This document shows positions 37,444 through 45,000 of a stretch of 55,939 bases of DNA, piece after piece; the first letter of the stretch is position 1; each line of letters starts with the position of its first letter. Made by a program: the position numbers and the translations under genes. The DNA comes from Verrucomicrobiales bacterium (GTDB lineage Bacteria > Verrucomicrobiota > Verrucomicrobiia > Verrucomicrobiales > Verrucomicrobiaceae). The stretch covers positions 1-55,939 of the forward strand of contig JAGRPD010000009.1 in the NCBI GenBank assembly GCA_020439875.1. Direction: 5' to 3'. Below the pieces are notes generated by a model. That model was not told the origin of the DNA. It searched no databases and saw only the letters and a list, made by a program, of their open reading frames with translations.

Positions 37444-39627
37444 TTATTTCGGAATGACCAACGTGTTTCCACAGGCCCCCAAGGGACCCGCCACCGACAC
37501 GAGGAGATCCTCGACTTCTCCTCGACCCACAGCTCCCGTCGCATTCGGAGACGCGGTGTTTGTCAATCGCACTCGCATGGCTGTGGCACCCGCCAGGGCA
37601 CCACTTGGCGTGGTGAACGAAAGCGTGTGCACCACATCCGCCTCGCCATCGGTCACCAAGTGATCCACCACGACGTGCTCGTTCGCGTCAGTGAGTTTGC
37701 CGTTCTGATCAAAGTCCACCCACACATTCACAAAGGCATTGCCTCCGCTGCCATTGCTCACCGTCACCGAGAAGGACCTCGAGACGCCCTGATTCAGCGT
37801 GCCACTCAGCGTCACTCCGTCTTCGTCATCCACGCCATCTGCATCATCCCCCGTCGCACTGGAATTCGTCACCGCAGACGGCTCAGTATCCACCGCCGCA
37901 CCAAGCAGCAGCTTCGAATCCACCACACTGCTCGCATTAGAAAAGCCCGAATAGTCTCCAAAATCGGTCACCGCTGGCCCGATCAACACCAGAGTATCTT
38001 CCACTTCCCCGTTCCCATCCTGACCATCAACACCCGGGGTGGACACACTGGTCAATCGCACCCTTACTGCCACGGATGCCTGCGGTGCCGTAGCGGGCGT
38101 GGTGAAATTGATCGTTCGATTGGCTGCCACCGAACCATTCGCCACCACCGTGTTGCTCGCCACCTGCTCACCCGCGTCGTTGACATCTCCATCACCGTTG
38201 AAATCAATCCACGCGTTCAGGAACGCACTGGATCCCGAGGTATTGGTTACATTTACCACGATCGATCCTGAGGCCCCTATGGCCAGACTCGCCGGGACGG
38301 TCACTCCGTCTTCATCGTCGGCTCCCGTCGTATCGTCCCCGGTAGCTGCCGCATTGGTTGTCTCTACAACGTCAATGTCGGTCGTGGCCCCGAGCTTGAG
38401 CGTGTTCACCACGGTGGAACTGGCACTGGGCAGCGAAGCATTGTCACCAAAATCAAGGGTCGGAGCGAGAACATTCACCAGCGTATCTTCCACCTCGCCC
38501 AAACCATCCACCCCGTCAGGCCCTGGACTACTCACACTGGTGAGCCGCACCCGCACCCCCACCATACCGGGAGAAGCCCCCACAGGCGGCATGAAGTTAA
38601 CCGTCCGATTCGAGGAGGAGGTGCCGTTGGCAACAATCGTATTGCTCGCCACCTGCTCACCCGCATCGGTTAGATTGCCATTCCCATAAAAATCAATCCA
38701 GGCATTCAGAAAGGCGGACGCTCCACTGGTGTTCGTCACATTGACCGTCATTGAAGCCGCAATGCCAGGTGTTAGATCTGCTGGCAGAGTCACCCCATCT
38801 TCGTCGTCAGTGCCATTGCTGTCGTCTCCAGTCGCCAGGCTGTTGGTGTTGGCCGAAGGCTCCGCATCGGTGCTGGCCCCGATCTTGAGGGAGTTCACTT
38901 TCCCTGAGCTTGCCAAAGGGAATGAAGCGTAATCACCAAAGTCGTGCGTGATGGGAATGTTGGGTATCGCATCCAAATCAAGAGCGACCGCCACGCCTGG
39001 ATCTCCGTCCACCCGATCCACAATCAAGGTAATCGATTCGACGTCATCAAACGTCACCAATCCGTTCCCATAGACCTCATCCGCCTCATAGTCCTGCCCG
39101 ATGAAACGGTCGCCACTCACCAATGGCCCCACTGGATCAACGCTATCCGTCAAATTGCAATCCTCCCCGCCTGCGGTGGCCAACGAAAAGCTCCCACCCT
39201 TGCTGCTGACTACCACATACTCCTGATCACCGGTGATCCCGATCGAACCAATCACCAACCGTCCGGAACTTGGATGGCTAAATGTCAGGGTCACCACCCC
39301 TTGGGTGACCCTCAAATCGCCATCGTAGTTGGGCACGCAGGTGAACTCATTGCCCGTCCCCTTGACCGAGTAAATATCAGGCGCATCATCGGGCATCACC
39401 ACAGGTTCGGTATCCACCTGGACGGTGCCACCCGTGCTGCCGATCGGCAAAATGGTGCCACTGACGAAGGGATCTCCCGGGTTTCCCCACACCACTTGAT
39501 CCGCCACCAGGTTTCCCGCTGCACTCAACACGCCGACAGCGACGAGTCCCCACGCCTGGCCTCGCCATCTCCGGCAAGCAGCCCCGAAAATGGCATTCCG
39601 CAGCAGTCCATTGGTCATCTCTCCCAT
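37444..39627 (-). CDS. Secreted/anchored protein (727 aa) with a unique N-terminal domain and three tandem GEVED modules
   Basis: N-terminal hydrophobic segment WGLVAVGVLSAAGNLVA. Modules at aa 228-385, 390-548 and 553-711 end in LGEVEDTLVNV, NGEVEDTLVLI, RGEVEDLLVSV. ATG at 39627 verified (cat at 39625-39627). A 3-nt gap to the upstream gene. Confidence 0.88.
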   Translation of the reverse strand: MGEMTNGLLRNAIFGAACRRWRGQAWGLVAVGVLSAAGNLVADQVVWGNPGDPFVSGTILPIGSTGGTVQVDTEPVVMPDDAPDIYSVKGTGNEFTCVPNYDGDLRVTQGVVTLTFSHPSSGRLVIGSIGITGDQEYVVVSSKGGSFSLATAGGEDCNLTDSVDPVGPLVSGDRFIGQDYEADEVYGNGLVTFDDVESITLIVDRVDGDPGVAVALDLDAIPNIPITHDFGDYASFPLASSGKVNSLKIGASTDAEPSANTNSLATGDDSNGTDDEDGVTLPADLTPGIAASMTVNVTNTSGASAFLNAWIDFYGNGNLTDAGEQVASNTIVANGTSSSNRTVNFMPPVGASPGMVGVRVRLTSVSSPGPDGVDGLGEVEDTLVNVLAPTLDFGDNASLPSASSTVVNTLKLGATTDIDVVETTNAAATGDDTTGADDEDGVTVPASLAIGASGSIVVNVTNTSGSSAFLNAWIDFNGDGDVNDAGEQVASNTVVANGSVAANRTINFTTPATAPQASVAVRVRLTSVSTPGVDGQDGNGEVEDTLVLIGPAVTDFGDYSGFSNASSVVDSKLLLGAAVDTEPSAVTNSSATGDDADGVDDEDGVTLSGTLNQGVSRSFSVTVSNGSGGNAFVNVWVDFDQNGKLTDANEHVVVDHLVTDGEADVVHTLSFTTPSGALAGATAMRVRLTNTASPNATGAVGRGEVEDLLVSVAGPLGACGNTLVIPK

Positions 39628-39630
39628 GGC

Positions 39631-40287
39631 CTAGCCCTCTCCTCCTCCCTGCCGAAGCGATGCCTCACTCACTGCGCCGCCTTGGGGCATGGCTCGATCC
39701 AAACGGGCCCCCAAATCGCGAATCGCTGTATCTCCCGATTTCTCCGGATAACGCGCCAAGTGCTGCTGCGCCTCTGTTTTCCACTCGCTCAGCGGCAAAT
39801 GCCCCGCACTCACCTCCCGCGCCCGCATCACCAGCCGACTCCGACTCGCCCTCAATCTGACCCCCGCCGGCACATCAGGGTCCTCTGCCATCTTGGCGAG
39901 TTCCTCCTTGATCTCCCGCTCGGGTCGTCCCGCTTTCCCATCGATACCTGGGAGGGCCGACAGCCGCAGACGCAGCAGCGCCACCTCCGCTCTCCGCTCG
40001 TCTTTGCCAAACCGACGTTCAAACTCGGTGGCCAGCCTTTGCAGCGTGTCCGCTTGGGTGATCGCCATCCGCCGCAGTTCAGTCGCATCGAGGCTGCCAT
40101 CGGTGCTGACCACGCTCAGCCGCAGGATCGCTGCATGCAGCTCGTCAGCCGTCCGCTCCACCACTGCCGTCCCCTTTTTCTGCGAAGCTTCCGAGCCACC
40201 TCTCTGCCCTCCCCACCACGCCCACGCGGCCGCCGCAGAGAGCACCACAGCGGTCAGAGTCAGTCGGCGTTGGATCGTGGATTTCAT
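39631..40287 (-). CDS. Hypothetical membrane-anchored, predominantly helical protein (218 aa)
   Basis: Track ORF 39631-40506 trimmed to MKSTIQRRLTLTAVVLSAAAAWAWW (cat at 40285-40287). One N-terminal TM/signal-anchor followed by a charged Arg/Glu/Leu-rich region. No recognisable family. Stop TAG at 39631-39633. Confidence 0.65.
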   Translation of the reverse strand: MKSTIQRRLTLTAVVLSAAAAWAWWGGQRGGSEASQKKGTAVVERTADELHAAILRLSVVSTDGSLDATELRRMAITQADTLQRLATEFERRFGKDERRAEVALLRLRLSALPGIDGKAGRPEREIKEELAKMAEDPDVPAGVRLRASRSRLVMRAREVSAGHLPLSEWKTEAQQHLARYPEKSGDTAIRDLGARLDRAMPQGGAVSEASLRQGGGEG

Positions 40288-40324
40288 GATCGGGATTTCC
40301 CAAAAAAGAAGACGCTTTTCGGAT

Positions 40325-41086
40325 TCACCCACGGGCGGCCGACAGTCCCCTCCTGCGCAGCAACGCTGCCAAGCCAAGCGTGAGACCGACGAGCAAGGCA
40401 GAGCCTGGCTCAGGCACGGGCACCGCGACGCTGTGGGTTTGCAGACTGAAGACCACCGGATCCAGCGTGTATCCCCCCGGCCCCTGCAGGTCATTGCCGC
40501 CGCCATAGATCACCACGTCGAGATCCTCCAGATACCACTCCAAGCTGCCCGCGTCCGCATCGGGCACCACCCAGGCATCGGCCAGGTTGTCTGCCGTGAT
40601 CCCATCCGTCAGCAACGCCCACTCCCGCGGTGCGTCCAAGCTCTTCGAATCGTAAACCCAGAGGTAGGCCTGCGCCCCTCCGGGAAAGGCATAGAGCGGA
40701 TCTGCATCGGGCGAGCTGGAATAGCCTCCCGCCTCAATCTGATAGTAACCCACAAAAAACTGCTCGGGCACATTCCACCCCTCTGGATCGCCGTCGTTCG
40801 GATCCTCCGGCGTCGGGTCGTAGGCACGATCCAGCGTCCGCCAGTTCGACTCCCAGAGATCCACGTTGCTCGCTGTGGGGGTAAAACCCGGGAGAAAGAT
40901 GCCCACCTCAAATGAAAACTGGGTGTCCAACACCCCGCCGCCACTATCGAACAACCGATCCTGATACTGACTGCTCCAAGTCACCCCTGCCGCCTGGCTC
41001 TGGGCCACACAGGCAACGGCGCAAAATAGCCCCCCGAGGAGCCAGCTCTTGCAGCGAGTTCGTTGACTGGAAATTTTGGAAATCAT
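40325..41086 (-). CDS. PEP-CTERM sorting domain-containing secreted protein (253 aa)
   Basis: Signal peptide WLLGGLFCAVACVAQSQA. C-terminus VPVPEPGSALLVGLTLGLAALLRRRG has the PEP motif, a hydrophobic helix and an Arg cluster, which together form the PEP-CTERM/exosortase signal. ATG verified (cat at 41084-41086). Confidence 0.88.
   Translation of the reverse strand: MISKISSQRTRCKSWLLGGLFCAVACVAQSQAAGVTWSSQYQDRLFDSGGGVLDTQFSFEVGIFLPGFTPTASNVDLWESNWRTLDRAYDPTPEDPNDGDPEGWNVPEQFFVGYYQIEAGGYSSSPDADPLYAFPGGAQAYLWVYDSKSLDAPREWALLTDGITADNLADAWVVPDADAGSLEWYLEDLDVVIYGGGNDLQGPGGYTLDPVVFSLQTHSVAVPVPEPGSALLVGLTLGLAALLRRRGLSAARG
40328..40423 (-). other. PEP-CTERM sorting signal (last 32 aa of the 253-aa protein)
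   Basis: VPVPEPGSALLVGLTLGLAALLRRRGLSAARG. Confidence 0.85.
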
Positions 41087-41155
41087 GTCAAATCAGAGGC
41101 GCTAGTCCGCACACTATAGGTTAAAAAATCGAAAAAAGAAGGATTAAACTCATAA

Positions 41156-41184
41156 ACTATAAAAACTAGATCCCAAAAAGACAA
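41156..41184 (-). promoter_or_regulatory. Sigma-70-like promoter candidate for the giant-protein operon, inside a 130-nt AT-rich tract (about 41100-41230)
   Basis: The minus strand reads TTGTCT-17 nt-TATAGT (-35 at 41179-41184, -10 at 41156-41161), about 70 nt upstream of ATG 41086. The surrounding tract is far more AT-rich than the window. Confidence 0.35.
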
Positions 41185-41451
41185 GAACGATTATTATTTA
41201 ATTTCCATTAAATACGGCCCTCTGCGCGATCCTGTCCCAGAAGCGCAAAAGGGGGGGCCAAGCAGCGCACAGGGCGCATCTTCACCGCCCCATCCCATCA
41301 CCGGCGTAGGTGTACCAAACCCCGAATCCGGAGCCCACCTACGCCTCGCCACCGAGAAAAAGCGGAGTCCCTCTCTTCGGTCATCCCAGTCCTCCGAGGC
41401 CGCAGATCGAGCGAGCTTTCTCCCAAATCAGCAGCGAGACCCTGTGCCGCC

Positions 41452-41838
41452 TCAATCTCGCCGCTCCACGCCCGGCCCCACCGTTTTTTCCCCTGTCTCA
41501 CGCCGCTCCAGCTGATCGGCGATGCGGAAGACCGCCAGGATCAGCTCCACCGCTACCCGCGCACAGAGAACGTAAAACAAAAACGCCAACGGCCCCGTCA
41601 CCAGCGTGAAGATGCCCATCAAGAACCCCTCGCGGAATCCACTGAGCATCCACGCCAGGGCAGAGAGCAGCGCCGCCAGCAGGCTCAGGGTATAAAACAC
41701 CCGCACAATGCGCGGGGTCACCACCTGCTTGAAGGACAAATCGAGCACCAACGCCATCAGACCTCGCAACTCGGACCACGTCGCCTCCATCCAGCCCGTC
41801 GTCGGACCGTCCACCTGCTTCGCATCGCGTTCAGCCAT
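41452..41838 (-). CDS. DUF4282-like small membrane protein
   Basis: 128 aa. LDLSFKQVVTPRIVRVFYTLSLLAALL followed by a second helix and RVAVELILAVFRIADQLE, the layout I associate with DUF4282. Confidence 0.6.
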   Translation of the reverse strand: MAERDAKQVDGPTTGWMEATWSELRGLMALVLDLSFKQVVTPRIVRVFYTLSLLAALLSALAWMLSGFREGFLMGIFTLVTGPLAFLFYVLCARVAVELILAVFRIADQLERRETGEKTVGPGVERRD

Positions 41839-42019
41839 GGCCAGAGGAAAAAAGGAGAAACGCCAGCAGCGGGATTGCCCTGGCTCCGATCATCCTAACC
41901 GAGACAGCCGCCTCTTCAAGCCGCATTCCACCCCCCGCACCCGCGCTGCAATCCCAGCCTCTCATTCATCGTTCTAATGGGCTGTCACTCGCTGCCTCTT
42001 CATCTCAGTTTCTTTTCTC

Positions 42020-45000
42020 ATGGCCACTCTCCTCCGCCCCTTGCTCTGCTGCGCCGCCTTCGCCCAGATCTCAACCGCAGCAGAAAGCGCTGCCTGGCAG
42101 TCTCGCCAGTTGCTCGGCGAGTTTTTCGCCGAAGGCGCTGCCGTCGGCGACATCGATGGCGATGGCCACGCCGACATCGCCTATGGCCCCTTTTGGTTTG
42201 CCGGCCCTGACTTCGCTGAGCCGCGCCGCTTCACCACGGGAGAGGCCTTTTCTCCGCTCGTGTATTCGGACAATTTTTTCAGCTTCATCCAGGATCTCAC
42301 GGGAGACGGCCACGCCGACATCATGGTGTTTGGTTTTCCCGGAAAGGAAGTGCGCCTCTACGTCAACCCTGGCCCGGCCGATCTCGACAAGCCCTGGCCG
42401 ATGCACCTCCTCGCCGATCAGCTCTGCCACGAGGCCCCGACCTTGATCGATCTCATCCCCGGCGGTCAGCCGGAGATCGTCGGCTCCCGCGACGGAGCCT
42501 ACGGTTACTACGCCGCCGGTCAGGACCCCACCCAGCCCTGGAGCTGGCACGCCATCTCTCCTGTGGGGCGCGCCGCCAAACCCTTCGGCCACGGCATGGG
42601 CGTGGGCGATGTGAACGGCGACGGACGCCTCGACCTCATCGAGCGGCAAAACTGGTACGAACAGCCCGCCCAACCCGATGCCGCCTGGCCAGAGCATCGC
42701 TGGGCCGTGCTCTCCTACGGCGGTGGCGGCGCGCAAATCCTCGTCGATGACGTGGATGACGATGGCGACGCCGACCTCATCACCTCGCTCAATGCTCACG
42801 GTTACGGCATCGCCTGGTTTGAGCAGACTCAGCCGGGAAAATTCGCCCGCCACGACATTCTCGGAGAAAGCTCCATCCAAAACCCGCGAGGCGTCGCCTT
42901 CAGCCAACCTCACGGCCTCGCTCTCGCCGATCTCGATGGCGATGGCCGTCAGGACTTCGTCACCGGCAAGCGCTGGTTCGCCCACCGTGGTCGCGATCCC
43001 GGCTCCCTGCAGGAGCCCGTGCTGTATTGGTTTCGCAACGTCAAAACGGCGGACGGCATCGATTTCCAGCCCCACCTCATCCACGCCGACTCCGGCGTCG
43101 GCGTCGGTGTGCCCGTGGCCGATCTCAATGGCGATGGCGCGCTGGATGTCCTCACCGCGAGCAAGCGCGGCCTGACCATCCATTTGCAAAAAGCTCCCCT
43201 CACCACCGATGCCGCACCCCTTTGGAAGGTGCCCGGTGGCCGCCCGCAAGATGACTACGGCAGCGGCCTCTCCCCTCAGGAATCGCTCGCCCGCTTCGAG
43301 CTGCCCGCCGGTTTCGAGATGGATCTCATCGCCGCCGAGCCCGACCTCACCCAACCCATCGCCATGTGCTTCGATGCCCGCGGACGCATCTGGGTGGTGG
43401 AAGGCCACACCTACCCCCAACGCGCGCCGGAGGGTCAGGGCAAAGACCGCATCATCATCCTCGAAGACAGCGATGGAGACGGCTCCTTCGAGACGAAAAA
43501 AACCTTCGCAGAAAACATCAACCTCGCCAGCGGCATTGAGGTCGGCTTTGGCGGCGTCTTTGTCGGCGCTGCACCCTGGCTGCTGTTTTATCCCGACCGC
43601 GATGGCGATGACCACCCCGATGGCGAACCCGAAATCCTGCTCGACGGCTGGGCTTGGCAGGACACGCATGAGACGCTCAACGCCTTCACCTGGGGCCCCG
43701 ACGGCTGGCTGTACGGCTGCCACGGCGTCTTCACCCACTCCAACGTCGGAAAACCCGGCTGCAAAGATGAGGAACGCCAGCCCATCAACGCCGGCGTCTG
43801 GCGTTACCACCCCGTGAAGCGCCAGTTCGAAGTCTTCGCCGAAGGCAGCAGCAACCCCTGGGGCGTCGATTTTGACGAACACGGCGACTGGTTCATCACC
43901 GCCTGCGTCATCCCCCACCTCTACCACCTCAGCCAGGGCGGGCGCTACTTCCGCCAAGCCGGTCAGCACTTCAATCCCTACATTTTTGACGACATCAAAA
44001 CCATCGCCGATCACCTCCACTACGGCGATGGCACCTTCGCCTCCACCAATGCCCGCGGCGGCGTCGATCGCGCCCTCTCCGCCCGCCTCGCCAATGACAC
44101 CTCCGCCGTCGGAGGCGGCCACGCCCACTGTGGCCTCGCCATCTATCAAGCCGACACCTTCCCCCCCGACTGCCGCGGCACGCTCTTCTTTAGCAATCTC
44201 CACGGCCATCGCATCCTGCGCGAGCACGTCGAGCGGGACGGCTCCGGATTCATCGGCCGTCACCTGCCTGACTTCGCCCTCTCCCACGACCACGAATTCA
44301 TCGGCGTCGGCGTCATGCAGGGTCCCGATGGAGCCCTCTACGTGTCCGATTGGCATGACAAACAAACCTGCCACCACCGCGACGTCGAAATCTGGGATCG
44401 CAGCAATGGCCGCCTTTACCGCATCCGCCACGGTCAGGCCCACACCACCACGCTCGACCTCCCGGATCGTAGCGACGCCGATCTCGTCGCCACCCTGGCC
44501 GATCCCAACGCCTTCCAAGCCCGCCAAGCCCAACGCCTGCTGCAAGAACGCACCGCCACCGGCAGCGCCGACACCCCCGCGCTCGCCGCCGCCCTGCGCG
44601 CCTTCGAAGCCGCCCACGCCACCTCCGTCCCGCTCCGCCTCCGCGCCTTTTGGACCCGCCATACCTGCGGCCTCCTCACCCCCGCAGACTGCGCCACCGC
44701 CCTCGATGATCCCAGCCCCTACCTCCGAGGCTGGGCCCTGCAATTCCTCGGAGAAGATCGCCAACCGCTTCCCGCCAGCCTCCTCTCCCGCGTCGAAAAA
44801 CTCGCCGCCGAAGATCCCTCCGCCATCACTCGACGCTACGCCGCCAGCCTCCTGCAACGCCTTCCCCTCGAGCAACGCTGGGGCATCGCCAGCAGCCTCA
44901 CCCTTCACCCCACCGATCAATTTGATCGCAACCTCCCCCTGCTCTGCTGGTACGGCATCGAGCCCCTCGTCGAAGCCGACAGCGCCCGCGCCCTCGCTCT

